A stretch of DNA of 64,000 bases. Origin: Escherichia phage U1G. Under the pieces are notes generated by a model that was not told where the DNA came from, searched no databases, and saw nothing but the letters and a program-made list of their open reading frames with translations. The DNA lies in the sequence record NC_070872.1, one strand, 5' to 3'. The translations under genes and the position numbers were made by a program. Positions within the stretch are counted from its first letter, which is position 1. Every line of letters starts with the position of its first letter. Below are positions 28,051 through 38,899 of the stretch, piece after piece.

Positions 28051-31000
28051 TTAGTTAGTAAGGTTGAGCCAAGGGTTCAGGTTATGGGCACGTAAGCCTT
28101 GACCGAAGCCCCAGGAGTAACCGAGATTGCCTTGTGCAGCAATACTGAATATGTTGTCCTGAATAGGTAAACCAACATTACCAAACATGGTAGGAGTTGG
28201 AGCCAATATAGCCATAGCTGCATGTACCGGGTTATTACGAATCATGGATACTGCAATTTTTGCAGAACGAATCTTAAAGTTATAGAACCACATTAAACCA
28301 ACACTTTCCATATATCCACGGAAGCGACCAGGTAAACGGTCGTAGTTAATGAACTCTTCCGTTACACGCCCCAGTGCTTCTTCACGAGTCTTACCTTTAC
28401 GCTGAGTCAAATCATCATAGATGATTGCTTTAGCAATAAAGTCAGAGTACTCAACCGTCTTCTGGATACCCTGGAAGAGAGCAGTATCCTTAGTGATAAG
28501 AGCATAACGTCCAGCGTTGCGTACAGACTTAGGTAACTTATCAGCCAGTTTATCCATGTATTCGTGAAGTTTACCTTCGGTAATCAGGATGTCATCACGT
28601 CCAATACCTGCATCTGCAATTGAAGAGAACTCACCCGCTTCTAACAGAGGCCAAATACTCATACGCTTATGGCTATCAGTGATGGACTGAATCTCAGCCT
28701 TAAGCTTACGAATCTGGTTCGGGTTAGTAGCTGCACGTAATTCTGCTTCTGCATCTACCTGACGCAGACGAGATTTCAGGTACTGATTAATCTCAGCAGT
28801 CTTCTGTGGAATGCTCTTAGCAATGTTCTTAACAGGTACACCACGAGCAACCATCTGGTAAAGGTTAGCCAGGAAGTTAACAGCAGGTACAACTACTGAC
28901 TTAACCACAATCAGAGTCTTAGCTTCTTTAACTAAGTTCTGAACCAAGTTCTCACCACCCATTACATACTTATAGGCACGGTTACCGAAGACACCCAGCA
29001 TAGCTTTCTTGAAGGTATCCAGTGTTTCTGGGGACCAACGAGAATTACCAGACCAGGCATCACCAACAGAAGCTGCACGATAACCTAGTGCATCGTTGAG
29101 CATGTCACGACGTACCCACAGCTCACCCGGGCCAAACAGACTTTCTGCTTTCTGACGAGTTTCACTGTTCATCAGCTTAAGTGCATCAGCAGTTACTGGG
29201 TCCAGTTTAGAACCAAGAAGGTTAACGTACTGAGACTTATTAGAGACAGACATCTTAATGTCGTTTTCATACATGCTATGCAGGTTCTCAATCAGCATAT
29301 CGTTGAAACGCTGGGCCTTAGCTTCCTCCACCTGACGTCCACGCCATACACCAATTGCACGAGCAAGATGGTTCTCACCTTCAATGTGCTTCAGCATATT
29401 AGGGTCAATGGATTGCTCGTAAGCAACCACATTACCATTGGCATCATATACAGGCAGCAGTGGTTCATTACCACGTTCACCACGAGCCAGTGCTTTAGTA
29501 ATACGGTCTACAGAAGGCTTGTCAGTAATACGACCTGCTACCATGGTTCCCATCGTAAAGCCTGTACCAAGGTCTACACCACCAGCAGTATTGCGAACGT
29601 TCTGTAGGATACCCTGTGAGAATGGAGCCTGTGCCTGTACAGGTGCGAAGTAGTAGCTACGTGCTGGACCACGGTTAGCAGAGCTACCCTGATAAGTACC
29701 CAGACGTACATAGGATTTTTCAATCAAATCAGCAAATTGGCTATCTTCAGCAACAATCAGGTTAACACCTTGTTTAGTCTCACCAGGAATATACCCTTTG
29801 TACTGGTTCAGGGTTGCACGAGTATCCGACTTGGCTTTAGCCATTTCATCTTTACGCTGACCAACCAGGTAAGAGGTAGCAAAGTCCATGCCTTCAGTTT
29901 CTGTTTGAGCCAGTGAAGATAACATCTCACGGTCAGTCTTACTCATTGCTTCCAGTGCATACAGAGTAATCAGTTTATCCAGTTGAGCTACGTCTACAGT
30001 AGAACGTGCAGACTGGCGTTCTCCCAGCATACGAGAGATTGCTGTAGCATTACGCAGCAGGTTATTACCAACTGTACCGTTAATCATGTACTGAGCCAGT
30101 TGCTTAGATTTACGGCTAATCAAAGGCCAGTTACGTCCTGCTTGTTTCTGCAAATCTGCTTCCAGTTTATTAACCTCACGGTCAACAATCTTCTGGTCAG
30201 TCAGCAAGTCACGGATTTCAGCCAGAGACATAGTGTCACGCAAAACAGCTAGGTCAGTTTTACCCATTCCAGTATGCATTGCTTTCCACTCATCATTAGT
30301 CAGCTTACGGCTGAACTTAGATGCGATAGTGGTAGGCAAATGTTCACGGAACTGTTGACGGTCAGCCTGTACCTGTGCACGTACTGCTTTAATCAAATCG
30401 TATACAGAAGCATTACTCTTAGTACGACCAGTTAGGTCATTAACCAGGTCATGGAAAGGTTGCCATACTTTACCCTGGTTCATTGCAGCCATAACACCTT
30501 CAGCTACGATTTCACCATTCTTCTCTGTAGCAATAGCAGCTATTAGTTGTGCAGCATGAGCAGCACCTTTGACCAGTGGGTTCTTGGTATTAGCTGCAAC
30601 TTCACGAGCACCTTCCAAAGCACGGGTAGACAGTACATCAATAGAATCCACCAGATACTGGTTAGCACGGTCAATAGCATTACCACTAGGAGTAGCAACG
30701 GAATCATAGAAGGATTGTGCATTAAGACTCGTCTGCATGATTGTCTGAGCCAGTGCATCCATACCTTCCTGTACGTTAGTGGCTTTAGTATCACCTGCTA
30801 CGCGAGCATTCAGACTAGCCATTGCAGCAGTACCAATGTTAGTCAGCATTGCATCAACTGTATTACCAGATTGCTTATCTGCTTTCATAACTGGAATGTC
30901 AGCCAGTACTTTGCGTACTTCTTCACTTACCATTGCCAGACCAACAAAGGTAGGTAGTAAGGAAGAACGACCCTGTGCATCAAACTCAATATTGTTAGCA

Positions 31001-34000
31001 CCCATGATGGTATCGAACTTCTGTTGAGCGTAGTAACGGTCAGCAGGGTTAGTACTATCTGGGTCAGCCATGAACGCTTCAACGGTCAGGTTCTTAGTAA
31101 CATGCGTGTAGTATTCCTGTGCACGAGCCAAAGCAGCTGGGTTAATAGCAGCCTCAGTAGCCAGAGCAGCAACAATGTTAGTGAAAAGACGTTGTTCCTG
31201 CATATTCATAGTGAAGCCATGAGCCTGAACATCACGAGTTACTTTAGTTGCATTCACTACTGCATCAGAGAACTTACCTTTACGAATTACTTGCTGTACT
31301 GGTTCAGAACCAATGTAGTCAGTAATCAGTTTATCGAAGGTTTTGCCCAACTCTTCCAGACGAGTATTGTCACCATATGCTTTGTTATGGAACAAAGTAG
31401 TATCTTTGGCTACAGCAGCAGTAGGAGCTTGTCCACGCATTACTACAGCAGAGTTAAACAATAAGCCGGAGAACATATCATCAGCATTAGCTGGTGCTTT
31501 CTTACGACCAAATACCAGACGCTTGATTGCTTCATATACAGCCTGAACCATTGTTTTCAGTGCAGTAGTTTTCTTCTGCTTACTAATCAGTTCACGGTTA
31601 GTTAAGCCCCATGCCATGTACTCATTAAGTGCAGCAGCTTTAGCCATTGCTGGTTCAATGAAGCCATTAGACAAGTGACCATTAATGGTATTAAGTGCAT
31701 CAGCATATGCCTCACGTACTGCCGGGGATTCATCCTTAACATCCAGAGCACGGAATTGATTCATCAGGTCTTCAATATTCTGTACTGCTTCATTAGGAGT
31801 ACCTTCGTAGTGAGCCAGTACAGATTCAAAAGTAGAAGCATGTACTAATTCATGAACCAGAGTCTCTAAGGAAGGAGTAACTAAGTAGATGGTCTTATCT
31901 TCGAAGTTAGTCCAGCCGTATGCATTACCAGCTTCAGCAGCTTCAATATCTTCCGGTGCTGGACGAGTAATGTTCTTCTCAATAGCATAGGCATCCAGTT
32001 GAGAAGGTGTACCGTAAACAACCTTGTAGTCTTTAGCAGCAAGGGATTTCTGTACTTCTTTCAGTACTGCTTGCTGTTCCGGAGACATCTCTTTAGCCAG
32101 CTTAGAGATAGCAGTATTAGACAACAGACGTACACCAGATTTCAGTACACGACCAACCTGTTCCATTGCTGGTACTTCTTTCACTGGTTCTGCTTTAGCA
32201 GCACGTACTGCATCACGACGCTTGTTTAATTCAGCATCAAACAGTTCGTTCAGCTTAGCTACTTGTTGGTCTACGGTCAGACCTTCCAGAGAGATTTTAC
32301 CGTTGTTCACATAAGGAGCACCAACAGCAGCCATCTGGTCAACAGTAGTCTGTACCTGGTTCATTACTTTGTGGCGAATATCCACACCCAGTGCAATGTT
32401 ACGCAGGTTACGTTCAATCTGTTCAGCACCAATACGTAACAAGTCATCAGTAGCACCCTCACGTTGGTCATATTCCAGAGCAGATTTAGCGATAGCCTGT
32501 TTGGTTTCATCAGACAGTTTGCTGAAGTCTACGTTCTTCATGAACTTAGAGAAGGAGTCATAAACATTCTTGATAGGGTTACCCTGCCAGGAAGTGTATA
32601 CAGCCTCGTTAGCTTTACGACTTGCATCAGTGATGTTATTGATACCAATGTTCATACCATCAAAGATTTTCAGAGTATTCTTCGGAGCACCCTTCATAGT
32701 AGAAAGGGTCTGCATCATCATGCCATCACCAGTACCAATGGTCATAAATGGAATACCTGCAACACCTGCCTGTGAAGGAGCATAGATGCTCATTGGCACA
32801 CGCATACGGTCATCTAAGTTGGTAGCCAGTACTTGGTTAGCAACATCAGTATTCTCACTACCAGCAATGTAGAAAGTCTGTGAGCCAGTCTCAATCATTG
32901 GAGCCAGTGGAGACAATGATTCCTGGATTTCATTCAGTTCTTTCTGTGTTAAGAAATCACCCTTCTTCCATGTTGGGTCTTTTTCTTTTTCTGCCAGCTT
33001 AGCCTGTACTGCTTGTTGGAACATGTCTTGCAGAACCAGAGACTGAATCTGGGTAGCCTTCTGCAAGTTCTCAGTAGAGTGCATCAGACCTTCGCCAACA
33101 GTATTACGAATACCAGTACGCATTGGTTCAACGAACAAGTGAAGCATGTTTTCTTGCAGGTTCTTCAGGGCATTCCCAGATACGGTAAACTTCTGAGGGT
33201 CTAACTTACCAGTCAGAGCACCTTCTACCTGTTGAATAGACAGTTGACCTTTACGCATAACTGGAACATTACCAGTCAGTGCTTCCATGGACGTAAGGAA
33301 AGTATCCAGCATAGCCTGAGCATCAGCCTCAGACGCAGCCTCCTTACCAAACATTGCCATAGCTGGGGAAATGCTAGGGTCAGCAGCGCGAGCTTGCAGA
33401 ACATCACTGAAGCGTTCATAGATGGTGTCAGTAATTGCACTAACCATCTTGCCAGCAATACCACGAGCACCGGAACCATAGATGGTAATAGTCAGTGGGT
33501 TTTTAGCGATACCACGTTTCAGGTCCAAAGTACCGTCTTCATTCAAGTTAAAGTCTTTAATGAACAGGTCCATTAACTTCTGAAGATGATTCATCTGGTT
33601 CATAACCGGAACGTTGTTACGGTAAGTAGTACGTAACTCATTCAGTGCTTGTTGCAGACCATTAGTAGATGCTTCATACAAGTCAACACTATCATCCTGT
33701 GAACGATGTTCGTTCATAGTCTTACCGGCTTTACCGAAGAACAGACCACCTTTAGCAGTATTCTTAATCCAGTCTGAAGTAAACCTACCACCAGTCATTA
33801 ATACCATTGCGTTGATTGGTCCGTTAGTTACACCATCGGCTTCAACGTACAGTGGGGTATTAAAGTTAGCACGGTCATCACTGTTCAGGTAACGGGCATA
33901 CTCCATCAGAGCCATGAGAGCTACGAAGGATTTATCGCCACCAAGAGACGTCTTCAGAATATCTACTGCATTGGCAGGTAAGTGACCAGACTTATCAAAC

Positions 34001-37000
34001 TCAACCATCATATCTACAGCAGGTTTCAGATTACCTTCCAGAGCTTTAGTCAGCTTTTCAGACATAGCTTCACGGGACATGTTATGTACCTTGATACCTA
34101 ATGCCTGAGCCAGACCTAACTGGAAGTCAGAGAATGTTTGGCTGTTTTCATTACTCAAGTCAATAGTAGAGAAGGTTGGCAGAATTGCTTCACGAACCAG
34201 TTTACTGGATTGTGGATTGTTCTTACCTAACATCTGCATACGACCTACACGGGTCATGTTGTAACCATAGTGAATAGGCGTATCCAGACCATTCTCCTGT
34301 TCCTGTAATTGATTGATTACACCAAACAAAGAGTCATATGCCATAGACACTGACAGGTTCTTACCTTCCAGTGATTTAGCAGTATTCACGTTCAGCAGTT
34401 CAGGATTAAGAGTACCAGCACCCATCAGTTCCAGAATGTTGTCACGACCTAATGCTTCATAGAAGTTAACCATCGGCATGTGTACACGGAACTCGGTAGC
34501 CTGTTCTGCTTTAAGAGCAGCTTTCTGCTCTGGGGTATTCTTAACAGCAGGGTTACGTAACTGAGTTTGAGCCACGGAAGGAATATCATCACCAAAGTAC
34601 ATTTTCTCTTCTGGTTCTACGAGAACAGCTTCCTCGATAGCAGTAGGGAACTTGTTAATGGCATCGTTATCGTCCAGCTTCTCAATAGTATATAGACCAA
34701 TAGTCTTATTGGAGTCTGGGTCAATCTCAGACACATCAAGCATAGATTCTTTAACTTCACCCATCTCAATGAGAGAAGACAGAATCTCTGTAGCCATTGC
34801 CATTGGAATACCTTTGGTATAACCCAGTGGTGCATTTGGATTACGGTCCAAACCCCAGTAAGATTCAATCTTTTGAGCCAGTGAGTTAGTAGCTTCAACC
34901 AGAGTCTGAGCATTCTCGAATTCAGCCAGAATACCTTCTGGTAACAGAGATGCTTCTACACCAGTAATAGCAGCTACGTCTTTCATATCTTTAACAGCAG
35001 CATTCTGTGTAGCAGTCAGTCGCCATTGCAGACCAGCAAGTACAGCAGTTTCTAACAACTGGTCATTAAACTTAAAGGTATCCCCATCTTTCTCTACGAT
35101 GTTAAGTAACTTACCACCTACCCAACGGTTAGCTTCAGTACCTTCTGCAAAACGTTTACCTACGTTCTTATTAGCAAGGAACTTAGCCAGACGGTCAGAC
35201 AAAGTAGTCTTCAGAGTTTCGCCAAAATCAAATAAGTCCTGATAACGCTTAATCACATCACTTGTGAGAGCGTTATTTTCTTTTTGAGTGAATGCTTCAA
35301 AGCGAGCAGCAGAAGACAGTGCTTTCTTAACATCAGTCAAAGGGGATTCAGAACCAATGGTTCGAGACTTAGATTCTTCCGGCAGAGTAAATGCCTTAAG
35401 GAACTGGTTCGGTGTCTTGTCATTGTTATAGACAGGGAACACTGTTTCCATTTGAGATAGGGGTTTACCACCAACGGTATAGTCTGCTTTCAGTTGAGCC
35501 AGAGATACCTCTATCTTCTCAACGTTATTGGTATTACGCCCAGACGTATCTACACCTATTTGAATCAGTGCATTGTTTGCTTCTACGAATGATTGAACAG
35601 TATTGAATTGTTCAGGAGTCAGCTTCTGATTATCAAACAGTTGCAATGATACAAACGGTTGTTCACTGCCTTTATAGAAGGTAGAGCGAATAGCACCAGT
35701 ATCTAATGACATATCACGATAACCATCATGACCAAATACGTCCGACAAGCTAATGTGGTCACCATTAGAGCCAACAACAGTACCGTCAGCAAAGAGCCAA
35801 GGACTCTCTTTACGATCACCATACTTATTAAGAGTATCTTGAGAAATAGTATTCTCTTTTACATAAGCATCTCTTTCAGATTCAGTAGACTGTACATCAG
35901 TATCCTGTTTTTCAGACTGGTTCTCAGGCTCTTTTACAGACTGTGGTTTAGACTCTTTAATAGTAGATTCTGTTTTAACAGCTTCACTAACAGAGGGTTT
36001 AGTCTGTACAGTAGAGGTAACTGGTTCCTGTTTCATAACAGGAGTTTCATCAACCTGATTCACTGGTTCATTGGTCTGTTGAGACTGAGTGGCATCAAGA
36101 CCACCTTGACGGAACTCTTTAACTACCTGGGCAGCAGGCTTGTCCAGACGTGAATCCAATGGGGTAACTTTCACATGAGAAACATTAAGCTCCGGGTAAG
36201 CCGTAGCAAGTGCATTAGCAATATCAGCTACGGTCTTGGCCTCCAGTCCTACTTGCTGGGCAAACTTAACAGACTTGGTATCATACGGATTGACACCGAG
36301 GCCAGTACGACTACGTACCCATTCACGGGAAGGAGTAAGAGCCTGATAATGGACAGACTTATTCTTATCCGCATTCCCAGAAATCAGATGCTCATTCAAC
36401 GCTCCGACCTTATTCTGCATGTGCTGGGCGAACTTCATAAAGTCGTCGAGATAAGCGGAAGCCAAATCGAAGTTACCAGAGTTGTACGCAGAACGAATGC
36501 GTTTAGCATGTTGCAACGCAGAGTACTGACCTTCATTAGAACGAGACTCGTCGGTTTTAATTTGTTTACTAACAATATCTTGAGGACGTAAGCCTAATTC
36601 TTCTGCTTTAGCGTCGAATTCACGTGCACCCTGTAACAAGGCAGCAGCCGATTGCAGGGCAGCACGTTGTCTATTCCCCAGTGTAATCTTACCTTCACTT
36701 GCATGTTTCAGAACCATGTTCACTGAATCTGCATCCAGTACTTCTGGAGACATATCAGCAGCCATAGCAATGTTGTTTGCTTGGGTTTGGTTAGCTTCTT
36801 CAGTAGCTTTCAGTTTACCCGCTTCAGCCTGCTCCTGAATCATGGAATGAATGGCACGGAATGCACGAAGTACCTTCGGTGTATTCTGAACGTTAGCCAT
36901 CAGGCCAGAGAACTGGTCAACAATATTAGCAGCATGAGAACCTTGTTCCAGGTTAGCCAGAGCACCTGGGTCACGGTTAATGAAGCTATCCATAGACATG

Positions 37001-38823
37001 ATATTGTCATACATCTGGATTGCAGCTTCCATTTGAACGTTAGGGTCTTCAGCAGTATTAACCAGGTCAGCCATCTTCTGAATAGCTTCAACACGGTTAG
37101 TGGAACCAGAAACAGCTTCACGGATTGCTGGGTTAGCTTGTTCCAGTTCTACTGGGTCAAACTTCATTGCCTGAGTTAAGTCAGCAGCATACTGGGTAGC
37201 AGCAGCTTTCTCTTCAGGGGAAATGTCCATTGCATCTACTGCTTCCTGTACAGTTTCTTGTGCTTGCTCTGCCTGAGCAGTAGCTTCTTGTGCAGCAGCA
37301 TTAACCGTAGCATCTGATACAGGAGATGCTTGTTCATTACGCTTAGCAACTTCTTCACCACGTTGAACCAGAATGTTAGTAATAGGAGAGGCTACTTTTG
37401 CTAGTGCCTTACCAGCCAGAGAAGCACCAGCCAGGGTAGTACGTACAGCAGGACCAACGGCAGCACCAGCAGCCTTAACAGTTGCACCAGGAGCTTGAGC
37501 AACTCCAGCAGAACCAAAGCCGTACAGTGCACCAAGACCTGCTTGTTCACCGACACCTTTAAGCAAATCACGCTTAGCATCTACATTACCTTGAATTGCT
37601 TTATTCTGTGCAAACTGACTAGTACCAGACTGAATACCTTCTTCTACGGTTTCACGGAGCATGTTAGAGCCAGCACCAGCCAGTGAACCTACCTTAAGTG
37701 GGTTAAGTTCAAATTTGGATACCAGTGGACCAGTAGCAGCAGCAACTGGAGCAGTTAATCCAGCAGCAATGATACCTGTTTCAGATGCAGTCTGACGACG
37801 TGCTTCTTCAGGAGATAAGCCATCTTTAATATGTTGTTGGTATACAGGAGATTTGGCAGCCAGTTCACTAAATGGCATTTCCATAATTTCATTAGCAGTC
37901 TGTTGGTATGCACCACCTGCTTCCATGCCACCAATTGCAATAGCAGGTGCAGCAACACGACCAGCAGACAATGCAACCTGTGCAGGACGAGAACCTAATT
38001 CAGCAGCTAAGGTAATACCTTTAACAGCTTTATCTCCACCTACCATTACTTTGCCAAGTGCAGATACACCACGGATAAGAGGACCACCAGTAAACAGAGA
38101 ACCAACACCTTCACTCAGCCCGTCAGAAGCAGCCATACCATTATCAAGTGTATTAGCAACAGAATCAAAAGCATCACGACCAATGCGAGACAGAGAGGCA
38201 ACCAAACTGCTCTCCCCATTTTTAATGTCTTCTTCATAGAGTTTCTGGTTCTTTTGTGCAGAAATCTGGTTCTGATTCTGAACAACCTTACGGGTAGCAT
38301 TCAGTGCATCAGACTGTAGGTTGTGTACACCTTTGTTCAACCAGTCAAGACCGGAAGCAATGGTTGCCCCGGCATTATCATTGACCAGACCTGTGCCAAG
38401 AGCAGCAATACCCCCAAGGGTATTAGCAACACCAAGACCAACACCAGAAAGAGTATCGCCAAATGCTTCTGCGTTAGTACGTTGTTTAGATAAGTCCTGA
38501 CGTACAGCATCAGCAGCATTAGCTCGGCTATTAAGAATCTGTAGACCTTGCTCATTACCATATTTATTAAGAATTTCTAATGGGGAGGCTTGAGTGAAAT
38601 CTGCCTGAAGTGAACCTGGTTCGAATGCACCGATTCCAAGATTACCTACACGACCAGTTTGGAGATTGTAAGCATTCTCTGGGGTTAATTGGAAAGGGCT
38701 TTGCCCTTGTGCAGCTTGCTTCTGAGAGGTTGCAGTAGAGACATCGACTTGCTTAGCATTAGTGATGCTGTCTGCGAAACCTGCCAGACGGTCAAATGTT
38801 GACATAGCATGTTTCCTGTTCAA
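28051..38823 (-). CDS. virion-encapsidated RNA polymerase (giant vRNAP, N4 gp50-like)
   Basis: Single uninterrupted 3590-aa ORF, a size class essentially restricted to N4-like phage vRNAP; located at the start of the late block as in N4; no catalytic motifs verified by eye. Confidence 0.8.
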   Translation of the reverse strand: MNRKHAMSTFDRLAGFADSITNAKQVDVSTATSQKQAAQGQSPFQLTPENAYNLQTGRVGNLGIGAFEPGSLQADFTQASPLEILNKYGNEQGLQILNSRANAADAVRQDLSKQRTNAEAFGDTLSGVGLGVANTLGGIAALGTGLVNDNAGATIASGLDWLNKGVHNLQSDALNATRKVVQNQNQISAQKNQKLYEEDIKNGESSLVASLSRIGRDAFDSVANTLDNGMAASDGLSEGVGSLFTGGPLIRGVSALGKVMVGGDKAVKGITLAAELGSRPAQVALSAGRVAAPAIAIGGMEAGGAYQQTANEIMEMPFSELAAKSPVYQQHIKDGLSPEEARRQTASETGIIAAGLTAPVAAATGPLVSKFELNPLKVGSLAGAGSNMLRETVEEGIQSGTSQFAQNKAIQGNVDAKRDLLKGVGEQAGLGALYGFGSAGVAQAPGATVKAAGAAVGPAVRTTLAGASLAGKALAKVASPITNILVQRGEEVAKRNEQASPVSDATVNAAAQEATAQAEQAQETVQEAVDAMDISPEEKAAATQYAADLTQAMKFDPVELEQANPAIREAVSGSTNRVEAIQKMADLVNTAEDPNVQMEAAIQMYDNIMSMDSFINRDPGALANLEQGSHAANIVDQFSGLMANVQNTPKVLRAFRAIHSMIQEQAEAGKLKATEEANQTQANNIAMAADMSPEVLDADSVNMVLKHASEGKITLGNRQRAALQSAAALLQGAREFDAKAEELGLRPQDIVSKQIKTDESRSNEGQYSALQHAKRIRSAYNSGNFDLASAYLDDFMKFAQHMQNKVGALNEHLISGNADKNKSVHYQALTPSREWVRSRTGLGVNPYDTKSVKFAQQVGLEAKTVADIANALATAYPELNVSHVKVTPLDSRLDKPAAQVVKEFRQGGLDATQSQQTNEPVNQVDETPVMKQEPVTSTVQTKPSVSEAVKTESTIKESKPQSVKEPENQSEKQDTDVQSTESERDAYVKENTISQDTLNKYGDRKESPWLFADGTVVGSNGDHISLSDVFGHDGYRDMSLDTGAIRSTFYKGSEQPFVSLQLFDNQKLTPEQFNTVQSFVEANNALIQIGVDTSGRNTNNVEKIEVSLAQLKADYTVGGKPLSQMETVFPVYNNDKTPNQFLKAFTLPEESKSRTIGSESPLTDVKKALSSAARFEAFTQKENNALTSDVIKRYQDLFDFGETLKTTLSDRLAKFLANKNVGKRFAEGTEANRWVGGKLLNIVEKDGDTFKFNDQLLETAVLAGLQWRLTATQNAAVKDMKDVAAITGVEASLLPEGILAEFENAQTLVEATNSLAQKIESYWGLDRNPNAPLGYTKGIPMAMATEILSSLIEMGEVKESMLDVSEIDPDSNKTIGLYTIEKLDDNDAINKFPTAIEEAVLVEPEEKMYFGDDIPSVAQTQLRNPAVKNTPEQKAALKAEQATEFRVHMPMVNFYEALGRDNILELMGAGTLNPELLNVNTAKSLEGKNLSVSMAYDSLFGVINQLQEQENGLDTPIHYGYNMTRVGRMQMLGKNNPQSSKLVREAILPTFSTIDLSNENSQTFSDFQLGLAQALGIKVHNMSREAMSEKLTKALEGNLKPAVDMMVEFDKSGHLPANAVDILKTSLGGDKSFVALMALMEYARYLNSDDRANFNTPLYVEADGVTNGPINAMVLMTGGRFTSDWIKNTAKGGLFFGKAGKTMNEHRSQDDSVDLYEASTNGLQQALNELRTTYRNNVPVMNQMNHLQKLMDLFIKDFNLNEDGTLDLKRGIAKNPLTITIYGSGARGIAGKMVSAITDTIYERFSDVLQARAADPSISPAMAMFGKEAASEADAQAMLDTFLTSMEALTGNVPVMRKGQLSIQQVEGALTGKLDPQKFTVSGNALKNLQENMLHLFVEPMRTGIRNTVGEGLMHSTENLQKATQIQSLVLQDMFQQAVQAKLAEKEKDPTWKKGDFLTQKELNEIQESLSPLAPMIETGSQTFYIAGSENTDVANQVLATNLDDRMRVPMSIYAPSQAGVAGIPFMTIGTGDGMMMQTLSTMKGAPKNTLKIFDGMNIGINNITDASRKANEAVYTSWQGNPIKNVYDSFSKFMKNVDFSKLSDETKQAIAKSALEYDQREGATDDLLRIGAEQIERNLRNIALGVDIRHKVMNQVQTTVDQMAAVGAPYVNNGKISLEGLTVDQQVAKLNELFDAELNKRRDAVRAAKAEPVKEVPAMEQVGRVLKSGVRLLSNTAISKLAKEMSPEQQAVLKEVQKSLAAKDYKVVYGTPSQLDAYAIEKNITRPAPEDIEAAEAGNAYGWTNFEDKTIYLVTPSLETLVHELVHASTFESVLAHYEGTPNEAVQNIEDLMNQFRALDVKDESPAVREAYADALNTINGHLSNGFIEPAMAKAAALNEYMAWGLTNRELISKQKKTTALKTMVQAVYEAIKRLVFGRKKAPANADDMFSGLLFNSAVVMRGQAPTAAVAKDTTLFHNKAYGDNTRLEELGKTFDKLITDYIGSEPVQQVIRKGKFSDAVVNATKVTRDVQAHGFTMNMQEQRLFTNIVAALATEAAINPAALARAQEYYTHVTKNLTVEAFMADPDSTNPADRYYAQQKFDTIMGANNIEFDAQGRSSLLPTFVGLAMVSEEVRKVLADIPVMKADKQSGNTVDAMLTNIGTAAMASLNARVAGDTKATNVQEGMDALAQTIMQTSLNAQSFYDSVATPSGNAIDRANQYLVDSIDVLSTRALEGAREVAANTKNPLVKGAAHAAQLIAAIATEKNGEIVAEGVMAAMNQGKVWQPFHDLVNDLTGRTKSNASVYDLIKAVRAQVQADRQQFREHLPTTIASKFSRKLTNDEWKAMHTGMGKTDLAVLRDTMSLAEIRDLLTDQKIVDREVNKLEADLQKQAGRNWPLISRKSKQLAQYMINGTVGNNLLRNATAISRMLGERQSARSTVDVAQLDKLITLYALEAMSKTDREMLSSLAQTETEGMDFATSYLVGQRKDEMAKAKSDTRATLNQYKGYIPGETKQGVNLIVAEDSQFADLIEKSYVRLGTYQGSSANRGPARSYYFAPVQAQAPFSQGILQNVRNTAGGVDLGTGFTMGTMVAGRITDKPSVDRITKALARGERGNEPLLPVYDANGNVVAYEQSIDPNMLKHIEGENHLARAIGVWRGRQVEEAKAQRFNDMLIENLHSMYENDIKMSVSNKSQYVNLLGSKLDPVTADALKLMNSETRQKAESLFGPGELWVRRDMLNDALGYRAASVGDAWSGNSRWSPETLDTFKKAMLGVFGNRAYKYVMGGENLVQNLVKEAKTLIVVKSVVVPAVNFLANLYQMVARGVPVKNIAKSIPQKTAEINQYLKSRLRQVDAEAELRAATNPNQIRKLKAEIQSITDSHKRMSIWPLLEAGEFSSIADAGIGRDDILITEGKLHEYMDKLADKLPKSVRNAGRYALITKDTALFQGIQKTVEYSDFIAKAIIYDDLTQRKGKTREEALGRVTEEFINYDRLPGRFRGYMESVGLMWFYNFKIRSAKIAVSMIRNNPVHAAMAILAPTPTMFGNVGLPIQDNIFSIAAQGNLGYSWGFGQGLRAHNLNPWLNLTN

Positions 38824-38870
38824 ACTTATATCGTATATAGGAAGCTTACTCTACAGTAAGCCTGTGTAAG

Positions 38871-38895
38871 AAAAAAGCCCCGAAGGGCTTTTATT
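38871..38895 (-). terminator. rho-independent terminator (bidirectional-looking) upstream of vRNAP
   Basis: Stem aagccc / gggctt, loop cgaa, flanked by A-run and T-run. Confidence 0.45.
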
Positions 38896-38899
38896 AGTA

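Noticed and set aside
29278-38561. Many 60-140-aa ORFs on the plus strand inside the vRNAP gene (for example 30547..30957, 35728..36153, 37853..38239)
   Set aside because: All are antisense to the single continuous 3590-aa ORF; compositions (Ser/Leu/Cys-rich) are typical of antisense frames.
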